Part shown: positions 27,795 through 35,750 of the stretch, piece by piece | Layout: each line of letters opens with the position of its first letter | Numbering within the stretch: position 1 is the first letter of the stretch | From: Patescibacteria group bacterium | Lineage (GTDB): Bacteria; Patescibacteriota; Patescibacteriia; UBA10025; JBIOWE01 | DNA: 64,000 nucleotides | Direction: 5' to 3' | NCBI GenBank assembly: GCA_044868145.1 | Contig: JBIOWE010000006.1 | Coordinates: 151,707 to 215,706, forward strand | The notes under the pieces: model-generated | The model's input: the letters and a program-made list of their open reading frames with translations, nothing else | Database searches by the model: none | What the model was told of the DNA's origin: nothing | Translations under genes and position numbers: made by a program

Positions 27795-29218
27795 AAACAT
27801 CTCCTACAATACGTGTACGCTTTGCGCCTTCGCCAACGGGGTTTCTCCATATTGGCGGGCTTCGGACAGCTTTGTATAACTGGCTTTTTGCCAGGAAACA
27901 CAAGGGGGAATTTATCCTGCGTATTGAAGATACGGATCGTGAACGCATTGTCCCTGGAGCGCTTGAGAATATTCAAGAAGCGCTTAGGTGGTACGGTTTG
28001 AAGTGGAATGAAGGACCGGTGATGCAATCCGAACGGTTGGAAAAATACAAAGCCCATGCCGCGACGCTCGTAAAACAGGAAGGTGCATATGATTGTTTTT
28101 GTACGAAAGAACGGCTGGAGCGGGTGCGCAAAGCGCAGGAATTGGCAAAGCAGCCGCCGCGTTATGATGGCCATTGTCGTAACCTTTCAAAGGACGAAGT
28201 CACGAAAAGATTGCAAGCTGGCGAGCCGCACGTCATTCGCTTGAAAATCCCGGACGAGGGATCCACCGTTTTCCAAGATATTATTCACGGCAGCGTGTCG
28301 TTCGAAAATAAAAATCTCGACGACCAGGTGTTGCTGAAGTCTGACGGCTTTCCGACGTACCACCTCGCCAACGTGGTAGACGATCACGATATGGGAATCT
28401 CGCACGTGATTCGCGGGGACGAGTGGCTGCCTTCCACACCCAAGCACGTGTTGCTGTATGAAGCGTTCGGTTGGCGACTGCCGGAATTCGCGCACCTGCC
28501 CATTATTCTCGGCAAGGACCGGTCCAAGCTTTCGAAGCGCCATGGCGCAAAGCCGGCCTTGGAGTACCGCGACGCGGGCTATCTGCCCCAGGCGGTATTG
28601 AATTTTATTTCGCTGCTTGGCTGGAATCCGGGTACGGAGCAGGAAATCTTCCATGCAGGCGAACTCATTGAAGCGTTCGATCTTGCCAAGGTGAACAAAG
28701 CTGGCGCGGTGTTCGATTCCGATAAACTCGATTGGATGAACGGCATGTACATTCGAACAATGAAACCGAAAGAGCTTGCCAAAGCGCTTATGCCATTCGT
28801 TAAAGATCTCCACGCCACAGAGAAAGATCTGGAACGCATCGCACCGCTCTTTCAGGAAAGATTAAAAACGCTTGCGGAATTTAAGAACTACGCGATATTC
28901 TTTTTTCTAGACTCGCTCGATTATGATCCAAAGCTACTCATTCCCAAGAAAGGCACGCAACAGGAAACAGTGCGCGTTCTTTCCGACGTCAAAGAATTTT
29001 TGCCCACGCTGCCGAAGTCCGTATTCCGTCACAATCAACTTAAACAAAAGTTTGAACATTTTGTTCAGGAAAAGCAGTATACGAACATGGCCGTGCTCTG
29101 GCCGCTGCGGGTGGCGCTTACGGGTTTGGCCGCGTCGCCCGGCGTGTTTGAAGTTATGGAAGCGCTCGGCCCGGAGCGATCCATGAAAAGGGTAGGGGAG
29201 GCGATCCAAAAGCTGTAG
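27791..29218 (+). CDS. gltX: Glutamate--tRNA ligase
   Basis: RFAPSPTGFLHIGG, RIEDTD, KLSKRHG. Confidence 0.98.
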   Translation: MKTSPTIRVRFAPSPTGFLHIGGLRTALYNWLFARKHKGEFILRIEDTDRERIVPGALENIQEALRWYGLKWNEGPVMQSERLEKYKAHAATLVKQEGAYDCFCTKERLERVRKAQELAKQPPRYDGHCRNLSKDEVTKRLQAGEPHVIRLKIPDEGSTVFQDIIHGSVSFENKNLDDQVLLKSDGFPTYHLANVVDDHDMGISHVIRGDEWLPSTPKHVLLYEAFGWRLPEFAHLPIILGKDRSKLSKRHGAKPALEYRDAGYLPQAVLNFISLLGWNPGTEQEIFHAGELIEAFDLAKVNKAGAVFDSDKLDWMNGMYIRTMKPKELAKALMPFVKDLHATEKDLERIAPLFQERLKTLAEFKNYAIFFFLDSLDYDPKLLIPKKGTQQETVRVLSDVKEFLPTLPKSVFRHNQLKQKFEHFVQEKQYTNMAVLWPLRVALTGLAASPGVFEVMEALGPERSMKRVGEAIQKL

Positions 29219-29259
29219 AACTTGTCGTAGGCCCTGAATTGTGTTATAATGGCCAAACG

Positions 29260-30537
29260 ATGCTAAGAAAAGCGCAAAACAAAAGCACTGGCATTGTAAA
29301 CAAAAACAAAACCCGAACTATCGCATTCGCAGCTGGGGCATGCTTGCTTGTTGCCTCATTTTTTGTTTTGCCCAGGTTAATTTCGTTCGCGCAAGAGAGC
29401 ACGCCGGACAGCCAATCCATCATTTCTCTTGACCAGCAAATTCAGGATAAACAGCAACAGCTGGAGGACATTCAGAAACGCATTACGACCTATCAAGAAA
29501 GTGTCAAGATAAAGCAGCAAGAAGCGTTATCGCTGCAAAACCAGCTTTCAATGCTCGACGACCAAATTGCGACGACGCAGGCGGACATCGAACGCATCAA
29601 CATTGAGCTTCAGCAAATAGAATTGGAAATTAACAAGCTCGTGTTGCAAATCGCGGAGAAGGAGAATGAACTCGAAGCCAAACGGGAATCGCTCTCTCGG
29701 TACATCCAAGTATTATACCAATACGATCAAAAGACAGTTATTGAACTGTTCGTTGCGCATGATTCGTTCTCGGATTTTTATAATCAAATCCAGTACTCGG
29801 AGCAGTTGCAACAGAACGTGAAAGACGGTTTGGACGAGGTAAAATCGCTGAAAGATGAGTTGGAAACCAAGCGCCAGGACCAGGACGCGAAAAAGAACGA
29901 ACTCGACGACTTGCATAGTTCGCTGGAAACGACTGCCGTAACGCTTGGTCAACAGAAAACATACAAGGAAGATTTGCTTGGACAAACAAAAACGAACGAG
30001 ACAAAATTCGCGAGCTTGCTTGATCAGGCGAATCTTGAGCAGCAGCAAGCGTCGGCAGATATCTCGAATTTGGAGCGCCAGGCCCGCAATGAGCTTGAAG
30101 GGGAGGGGATAGACCTCAATCAGGAAATTGCCACGCTCATGTGGCCCGTGTCGCCCACCAAGGGTATTTCCGCGTACTTCCACGATCCGACCTATATTTT
30201 TCGCAGATACTTCGAGCACCCAGCCATCGACATCCCCGCGTCGCAAGGCACGCCTATTCGCGCTGCGGCGAGCGGCTACGTCGCCCGCGCCAAAGACGCG
30301 GGGTTCGGCTACAGCTACATTATGCTTGTGCACAACGAAGAACTTTCCACCGTGTATGGCCACGTGAGTCGCATTGACGTGCGCGAGGATTCCTATGTTG
30401 TCCGCGGACAGCAAATCGGCCTCGTTGGCGGCACTCCCGGCACCCCAGGCGCCGGTAACCTCACCACCGGCCCGCACTTGCACTTCGAAGTGCGTTCCAA
30501 TGGCATTCCAGTGAATCCGCTGGACTACCTGCCATAA
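29260..30537 (+). CDS. M23 family peptidase with N-terminal TM and coiled coil
   Basis: HPAID, TVYGH, GPHLHFEVR; promoter TTGTCG-N17-TATAAT 29222-29250 places the start at MLRK. Confidence 0.92.
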   Translation: MLRKAQNKSTGIVNKNKTRTIAFAAGACLLVASFFVLPRLISFAQESTPDSQSIISLDQQIQDKQQQLEDIQKRITTYQESVKIKQQEALSLQNQLSMLDDQIATTQADIERINIELQQIELEINKLVLQIAEKENELEAKRESLSRYIQVLYQYDQKTVIELFVAHDSFSDFYNQIQYSEQLQQNVKDGLDEVKSLKDELETKRQDQDAKKNELDDLHSSLETTAVTLGQQKTYKEDLLGQTKTNETKFASLLDQANLEQQQASADISNLERQARNELEGEGIDLNQEIATLMWPVSPTKGISAYFHDPTYIFRRYFEHPAIDIPASQGTPIRAAASGYVARAKDAGFGYSYIMLVHNEELSTVYGHVSRIDVREDSYVVRGQQIGLVGGTPGTPGAGNLTTGPHLHFEVRSNGIPVNPLDYLP

Positions 30538-30702
30538 GACTTTCAATCTTGTCTCAATTCAAGAAGCGGCCAAAAAGCCGCTTCTTTGGTTACACTTTTC
30601 GATCAGCCGTGCCCTTTTTTCCTTATACCCCACAGGGTAAAATCAATTTTCACAATCATTCTTTATCGAGTGACGCACGAGGCAGGGGACAGCTTGGGCT
30701 AG

Positions 30703-30885
30703 TTAGCGTAACACTTTTATCGCGAGTTGATTTTTCAAAGCCTCTACTTTATTCTCAAGACTCGATAAACCAATCGCTAAGTTTTGGAGGCCAGCGTATA
30801 AATTGTACTTCTCGGGTTCAGTTTCCGGGTTTCCAAAAAGACGCAGGTTCTCATTAAATTGCTTAGCTGCATTTATCAAATGCAT
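30703..30885 (-). CDS. Small hypothetical protein
   Basis: 60-aa ORF with perfect SD AAAGGAGGTG; EKYNLYAGL.NLA, C-terminal coiled coil. Confidence 0.65.
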   Translation of the reverse strand: MHLINAAKQFNENLRLFGNPETEPEKYNLYAGLQNLAIGLSSLENKVEALKNQLAIKVLR

Positions 30886-30905
30886 ATGTGCACCTCCTTT
30901 CTATT

Positions 30906-31733
30906 CTACTGAAGTTTTTCTTTAACCGTTAAATAGTGAAAAATTACCTTTGGTTTGTTAAGCGCGCTCGGATCGATTAAGCCGGCGCCAAAACGTGCTT
31001 TATCGTTGAAGCTCCCGTTGACCGAAAAATTCCAAACAATTTCTTGACCACCGTTCAAGTCAAATAATTTTCCGTTTTGGTCGTAAAATTTTATGTTTAA
31101 TGTCACCGATCGTGTACTGCCATTTTCGATTTTAGCGTTTACATCAATAGTTGCCTTCACTGGCTGATCGACTGGGAAGCTTTCTGTTAAATAGCATCTC
31201 AGTTCGCTAGTCACTTTACAATTCTCGGGAAATTCAGGATTCCAATTTGGGTTGTCGACATCAAACGATTTAAGGCTGATTGCACGTCTATCACCATCGC
31301 CGATGATGATTTGGAAAGCATTTTCTACGATGATGTAAAAATCCGATGCTTCTGTTAGCGGCGTGAATTTGACTTCAATTACTGCGTGTTCAAAAATCGC
31401 TTTTGTTGAGAGATAATACGCGAACCCTTTTTTTGTATATCCTAGTGACAAAACACCTTCTTTGTTGAACCTAATGTCTCCAATTTTATCAAAACCTTCG
31501 AAATTTGTTGTTTCAATGCTATCAAGGGCACTTTCGCTCAATACTTTCTGTCTCCCTACCTCTTGTTCCGCAATCTGTTTTTTTTCTGCGGGAGTTGAAA
31601 AAAAGAAGTTGTAAATTTGTGTAACTTCAGCGCTAAATTCAACGCTAATAAGAGCAAACGCAAAAACTACCGACCCTAATTTTACAACTTTTTTTCGCCA
31701 CCATTTACTTGATTTTTTTGCAGCATCCTTCAT
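30906..31733 (-). CDS. Hypothetical membrane-anchored beta-rich protein (AT-rich, likely accessory)
   Basis: N-terminal basic region plus TM; long uninterrupted ORF; no family recognised. Confidence 0.7.
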   Translation of the reverse strand: MKDAAKKSSKWWRKKVVKLGSVVFAFALISVEFSAEVTQIYNFFFSTPAEKKQIAEQEVGRQKVLSESALDSIETTNFEGFDKIGDIRFNKEGVLSLGYTKKGFAYYLSTKAIFEHAVIEVKFTPLTEASDFYIIVENAFQIIIGDGDRRAISLKSFDVDNPNWNPEFPENCKVTSELRCYLTESFPVDQPVKATIDVNAKIENGSTRSVTLNIKFYDQNGKLFDLNGGQEIVWNFSVNGSFNDKARFGAGLIDPSALNKPKVIFHYLTVKEKLQ

Positions 31734-31882
31734 TTTGGACTATTTTTTTCATAAAAATATAGGCGAATTCGGCTTTCAAAGAAGTGTAAAGCCGGGGCTC
31801 ACCATTCCCCCTGACACAATATGTTGTACTCCCACAAGGTATTATACTACTAAATGTGGGAAAGTCAATGAATTTTTTGCTT

Positions 31883-32815
31883 TTATTTCAATGGATGATA
31901 CTTCTTATGCGTCTTTTCTGCGTATTTGTCAGAGGCGTGGACGTAGCGCGTGGTTGTGTCTAGCGATTCGTGGCCGAGGAGTATCTGTATAGCCGCAGGA
32001 TTGGCGCCTTGTTCGGCCATGTAGGTCGCAAAGCCGTGGCGGAGGGAGTGGGCGCTCGTTGGGACATTGATACGCAAGCGATCCCTGTATTTTTTTATTT
32101 TCATTTGAATATAGTTTGTTGAGATGCGCGAAGTCGTTTTTTTGATATTGCTGCCACGGTAGGGGATAAAGAGGGCGAGGGCACTGTCTTTGCGAGCTCG
32201 CAAGTATTGTTCAACATGATGGTGTGCGCGATCCGTGAGATACACGAATCGCTGTTTTTTGCCTTTGCCTAAAATGAATATTTTGCCGGTCTGGTCTATT
32301 TGGTTTCTATTCAAGCTCACAAGCTCGGAAATGCGCATCCCGGTTGAAAACAGAACCTCGAGTATAGCGCGATTACGAAGCGCTACCACTTTTACTTTTT
32401 TTTCGAATTCAGTAGGGGATTCAATCAAGCGTACTAAGTCAGGGAATTCTGCCACTTGCGGGTGCTTCTTGATCGTTTTGGTCAATTTCACCATCTCTGG
32501 CGAGACAGATGTCGGGTAGTCATTATCAATCAGGTACTTGAGAAAGGACCGAAGGCTCGAAAGCATCCGGTTCACGGAAAATCCGCCTAGACGCTTCTTG
32601 CCTGCCTCGTCCTCGGCCGTTTTACGGTCCCGGGAGGCAAGGTATGCCTTGTACTGTTCTATATCGCGTTTCTTGAGCTTTGGGAAGGGGAGATTCGCCT
32701 CTTTAACCAAATACGTCTCAAACACTTTTAAATCGCGCTCGTAGTTGTATATGGTCTCCTCAGAGTAGTTATTTGTTTGGAGATTGAGGAGAAAGTCATC
32801 TAAATGGGGTAACAT
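31883..32815 (-). CDS. Tyrosine recombinase, XerC/D family (probable single Xer)
   Basis: N-terminal SAM-like domain (SEETIYNYERDL, SSLRSFLKYL); RNRAILEVLFSTGMRISEL, GKGKKQR, HSLRHGFAT, LLGHESL.TT.RY. Confidence 0.93.
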   Translation of the reverse strand: MLPHLDDFLLNLQTNNYSEETIYNYERDLKVFETYLVKEANLPFPKLKKRDIEQYKAYLASRDRKTAEDEAGKKRLGGFSVNRMLSSLRSFLKYLIDNDYPTSVSPEMVKLTKTIKKHPQVAEFPDLVRLIESPTEFEKKVKVVALRNRAILEVLFSTGMRISELVSLNRNQIDQTGKIFILGKGKKQRFVYLTDRAHHHVEQYLRARKDSALALFIPYRGSNIKKTTSRISTNYIQMKIKKYRDRLRINVPTSAHSLRHGFATYMAEQGANPAAIQILLGHESLDTTTRYVHASDKYAEKTHKKYHPLK

Positions 32816-32842
32816 AGGAGTATAGCTCTTTATGTCTTTATT

Positions 32843-32870
32843 GGTGAGTGTAAGGGATATTATACACAGT
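32843..32870 (+). other. dif-like 28-bp recombination site overlapping the xer promoter
   Basis: GGTGAGTGTAA-GGGATA-TTATACACAGT: 11-6-11 layout with TAA-N6-TTA core; compare E. coli dif GGTGCGCATAA-TGTATA-TTATGTTAAAT. Confidence 0.65.
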
Positions 32871-32930
32871 AACAACTTTATTATATATAGGGCTTTATTT
32901 GTTGTAAAGCCCTGTTCCCTAGCTCTTTGA

Positions 32931-32986
32931 GGGTAGCCTCGATCCTCAGATCGAGGCGGTGCGGATCTGAGGATCCGCACCTACCC
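32931..32986. repeat. GTAG-type REP with two internal hairpins
   Basis: GGGTAG..CTACCC enclosing GCCTCGATC-CTCA-GATCGAGGC and GGTGCGGATC-TGAG-GATCCGCACC; related to 12296-12318. Confidence 0.7.
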
Positions 32987-33002
32987 GAATGGTGGTGATT
33001 GC

Positions 33003-33437
33003 CTAAAGCGCTTTCAGGACGAATAAGAGGATCGCAATATACATTATTTGTGTCGTTAGGCCCAGCGTCCACCCAACGCGCACCTGAATCGCGGCGTGGA
33101 AGGCTAGGAAGCGCCCGAGTCCCCTTCTGACAGCGGGAAAGATGCCGAAGATGGATATAACGTCCGGTAGGATGGCGAACGTAACGCCGATGAGCAGGTT
33201 TACCCAGTGCTCGGGGTACGAATAAAGCAATGCAAAGAATACGGCAATGCTTGAAAGCAGGTCCGGCCACATGTTCAGGAATTCCTTTGGCTCGGCTTTT
33301 TTCGGCGCGTCAAAGTCCTTATGCGGTACCAGGTCAAGCAAAAAGTGCGACGCTAGAGAAACGACGGCGACCAACGCAGGGTTTCCGATTTTGACACCGG
33401 CTACGGCGCCGGTCAACATGTGGGCAAGTAAAATCAT
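33003..33437 (-). CDS. Small membrane metal-dependent hydrolase-like protein (YdjM-like), paralogue 1
   Basis: H near N-terminus, SHFLLDLVPH, ILPD, FH; 4 TM. Confidence 0.7.
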   Translation of the reverse strand: MILLAHMLTGAVAGVKIGNPALVAVVSLASHFLLDLVPHKDFDAPKKAEPKEFLNMWPDLLSSIAVFFALLYSYPEHWVNLLIGVTFAILPDVISIFGIFPAVRRGLGRFLAFHAAIQVRVGWTLGLTTQIMYIAILLFVLKAL

Positions 33438-33524
33438 TCCAAAATTAAAGATTAAAAATTAAATATAAAAAATAAAGTAAAGGAATTTTCCGCATTTTTT
33501 ATTTTTGATCTTTTATTTTTACTT

Positions 33525-33956
33525 TTATATTATGAGCCACCAAAGGATTATAAGAATAAAAAACACTTGCACCGCAATACCCGGCACGATATGGATTTCA
33601 TGCTGTACGCGTTCGTGCAAATTGTAAAACCATTTGAACGTGGTTTTTGCCAGTTTGGTATTATCGAGCAGCGATAATAAGTCCGGCAGGATCGCAGAGA
33701 ATACGCCGAGCGTGATGAGTTTCCATTGATTCGCAAAGACGAGGAGAAAAACTGCATAGATCAATGTTGATGCTATGAGATCTGGCCAGATTCGAAAGAA
33801 TTCATTAAAATGGATTTTACGCGGCCTGGCAAAATTCCAATGCGGGATAAAGTCCAATATAAAATGAGACAAAAAGCCCGTCAAGGCAATGGCTATGGGG
33901 CTTTCGACTTTTACACCGATCACGGCGCCAGCCAGTACATGCGAGAGTAACATCAT
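33525..33956 (-). CDS. Small membrane metal-dependent hydrolase-like protein (YdjM-like), paralogue 2
   Basis: SHFILDFIPH, WPDL, ILPD, LH..VQ; collinear with paralogue 1. Confidence 0.7.
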   Translation of the reverse strand: MMLLSHVLAGAVIGVKVESPIAIALTGFLSHFILDFIPHWNFARPRKIHFNEFFRIWPDLIASTLIYAVFLLVFANQWKLITLGVFSAILPDLLSLLDNTKLAKTTFKWFYNLHERVQHEIHIVPGIAVQVFFILIILWWLII

Positions 33957-34039
33957 GTCAGTAAATTAAAGATTAAAAATTAAATATAAAAATTTGGAAG
34001 AATCACTTCAATATTTTTTATTTTTACCTTTTTATATAG

Positions 34040-34888
34040 TCACTTATAAAATACTTTACCGGGGATTCTTACGTCTATGTATTGTAACTTTGACCGCTGA
34101 TCGGCCAGGGTCGTATTAAGCGCCTGTATAAGCGTTTCCATTTGCGCCTGCAGACTTTCGCGTCGATCAAAGTAGATAGTGAATCCTTCGTCAGACTTGA
34201 TGTGCAGTTCAGAGCTGCCGCCTGCCAGAAGCGTGTTCATGAGGGCGTGCACCGTTGTTTTGTTCTTGAGATCGTCTCGGAGCGTAAGGATAAAGGATAT
34301 TGTATCTTCTGATAAAATGCGTTTGCCAACCGCGACCTCACCGCTCCCCTCTTGCTGGACGATGGTAGCGTCGCTGGCGACGTTCTCCGTTTGTTCTTGA
34401 CGCACAACAATGCCGTTCACGTCAACAGAGTAATACAATTCCCCGGTTTTCCACAGCAGCGCGGGCGGTTGCTCTTTGATAGTAATGATAATCGCGTTTG
34501 GTAATTTCTTCTTGATGGAAAGATCCTCGATACGATATTTCTTTTCGATGTTTTCTTTCAGCCATGATTTACTGAACAGGAATATGTTGCTTTGCGGATA
34601 GATTGCGGCGCGGCGTTGGTGCAATTGCCAATCCACAAGATTCATTTTTACGAATTCTGTATTGATGATTCCGTTTGTTTGTACTGCAACTGTCGTAATG
34701 GCGAATACCGGCGAATAAAATAATAGGTAGACCAGTCCGAACATGAGCAGCAAAGCAAGAAGGACAAAAAAGGAAAAGCGTTCAACGACAAACTGCTGCC
34801 ATGTTCTTTTCTGAAACAGCGGGTTGCGATAGAGAGGCTCTTTTGCGTCTACGATATTGAGTTGTTTACGTTTAAAATTCCAACGCAT
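34040..34888 (-). CDS. FtsQ/DivIB-like cell division protein
   Basis: Single TM, SPVFAIT..V, POTRA-like IKKKLPN.I.I.IKE, C-terminal YIDVRIPGKVFYK. Confidence 0.8.
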   Translation of the reverse strand: MRWNFKRKQLNIVDAKEPLYRNPLFQKRTWQQFVVERFSFFVLLALLLMFGLVYLLFYSPVFAITTVAVQTNGIINTEFVKMNLVDWQLHQRRAAIYPQSNIFLFSKSWLKENIEKKYRIEDLSIKKKLPNAIIITIKEQPPALLWKTGELYYSVDVNGIVVRQEQTENVASDATIVQQEGSGEVAVGKRILSEDTISFILTLRDDLKNKTTVHALMNTLLAGGSSELHIKSDEGFTIYFDRRESLQAQMETLIQALNTTLADQRSKLQYIDVRIPGKVFYK

Positions 34889-34925
34889 GTAAGCTACAGT
34901 AAAAATGTGAGGTATAGCCCTTTAC

Positions 34926-34954
34926 TTGACATGTTTTATAGCGTATGTTATGTT
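34926..34954 (+). promoter_or_regulatory. Sigma70 promoter of sRNA unit 1
   Basis: TTGACA-N17-TATGTT with extended TGn. Confidence 0.7.
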
Positions 34955-34960
34955 TGTTTT

Positions 34961-35058
34961 GAAAGAAATCCTCTGCACTTTCTTGCTTGTGCTCCGATTC
35001 CAGGATGAGGTTTCTTTTCACAGTCCCCGCGACCATTATATGGGAGCGGGGTTTTTAT
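34961..35058 (+). ncRNA. Putative small RNA unit 1 (~98 nt)
   Basis: 5' stem GAAAGAAATCCTC/GAGGTTTCTTTTC; 3' hairpin CCCCGC-GA-CCAT-TAT-ATGG-GA-GCGGGG plus T5. Confidence 0.65.
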
Positions 35059-35077
35059 TGGTAGTTATGGAAAATGG

Positions 35078-35106
35078 TTGACGTCTTTTTCGCAGTCTGG
35101 TACATT
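35078..35106 (+). promoter_or_regulatory. Sigma70 promoter of sRNA unit 2
   Basis: TTGACG-N17-TACATT with extended TGn. Confidence 0.7.
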
Positions 35107-35112
35107 GAGTTT

Positions 35113-35235
35113 GTCCGGAGCTTACCACTCCGCGTCATGCTCTTTCTCAATTCAGGTACTCTCATTTATTCTTTTTATCAAGTCCCTTTGATAGACCCCG
35201 CGACCATTTTACCATTATGGAAGCGGGGTTTTTAT
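35113..35235 (+). ncRNA. Putative small RNA unit 2 (~123 nt)
   Basis: 5' hairpin CGGAG..CTCCG, boxA-like TGCTCTTT 35138-35145, 3' hairpin CCCCGC-GA-CCAT..ATGG-AA-GCGGGG plus T5. Confidence 0.65.
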
Positions 35236-35273
35236 TGCTAGTTTGGAAGTCATGAAATTCTGCATGAAAATGT

Positions 35274-35302
35274 TTGACACCTTTTTTGCAGTTTGTTACC
35301 TT
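35274..35302 (+). promoter_or_regulatory. Sigma70 promoter of sRNA unit 3
   Basis: TTGACA-N17-TACCTT with extended TGn; near-copy of the unit 2 promoter region. Confidence 0.7.
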
Positions 35303-35308
35303 TAGTTT

Positions 35309-35458
35309 GCCCGGAGCTTAGGCTCTAGACGGCATGTTCTTTCTAAGAGGATCCATTAGAGGATTCTTTATCTGCGAGATCCATGATTATCTGGGTCTTC
35401 GCCTAGTTTGCCAATATCCCCGCAACCATATCTACCATCGTGGAGGCGGGGATTTTTT
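35309..35458 (+). ncRNA. Putative small RNA unit 3 (~150 nt)
   Basis: G.CCGGAGCTTA 5' end shared with unit 2, TGTTCTTT 35335-35342, two internal hairpins, 3' hairpin CCCCGC-AA-CCAT..GTGG-AG-GCGGGG plus T-run. Confidence 0.65.
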
Positions 35459-35511
35459 AGTTATCCACAATGAGCACTTTGACAAATTTTTCGTTTGATT
35501 TATAGTATATT

Positions 35512-35618
35512 CAGCTAGAAGTTAGAGAAGCTCTAAGTCTTTTCTACAGCGTTAGCCGTAAACAACCAAAACGGTTGCCGCGAACACCCTCATTCTTTAA
35601 AGAGTGAGGGTATTTTTT
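35512..35618 (+). ncRNA. Putative small RNA unit 4 (~105 nt), unrelated in sequence to units 1-3
   Basis: TTGACA 35479-35484 with TATAGT/TAGTAT at 35501-35508; hairpins TTAGAG/CTCTAA and CAACC/GGTTG; terminator ACCCTCATTCT-TTAA-AGAGTGAGGGT plus T-run. Confidence 0.55.
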
Positions 35619-35642
35619 ATCCCCACACCAACTTTAGGAGAC

Positions 35643-35732
35643 TTCTACCCACCTTCAGGTGAGGGTTTCTGACCTTTAGGTCAGGAAGACCGGGCTAAAG
35701 CCCTGAACACCCTCGGCTCAAGCCGGGTAGAA
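35643..35732. repeat. Multi-hairpin GTAG-type REP element
   Basis: TTCTACCC...GGGTAGAA enclosing four tetraloop hairpins (TTCA, TTTA, TAAA, TCAA loops). Confidence 0.65.
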
Positions 35733-35750
35733 AAGAAGAAAAGTCGGGAT

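Noticed and set aside
30538-32815. Integron (IntI plus cassettes) or prophage integrase
   Set aside because: The recombinase shows no IntI-specific insertion, no convincing attC pairs flank the orphan genes, and there are no phage genes
34926-35460. CRISPR array interpretation of the CCCCGCGACCAT...GCGGGG repeats
   Set aside because: Repeats are degenerate, spaced 170-220 bp apart, each followed by a T-run and a new promoter; no cas genes in the window
35461-35469. Perfect DnaA box TTATCCACA suggesting oriC
   Set aside because: Single box, no dnaA or DUE nearby, and gene orientation converges here (terminus-like)
35137-35498. Short + strand ORFs (34 aa and 54 aa) in units 2 and 3
   Set aside because: They run through the terminators, use different frames across the conserved hairpin and lack a well-placed SD
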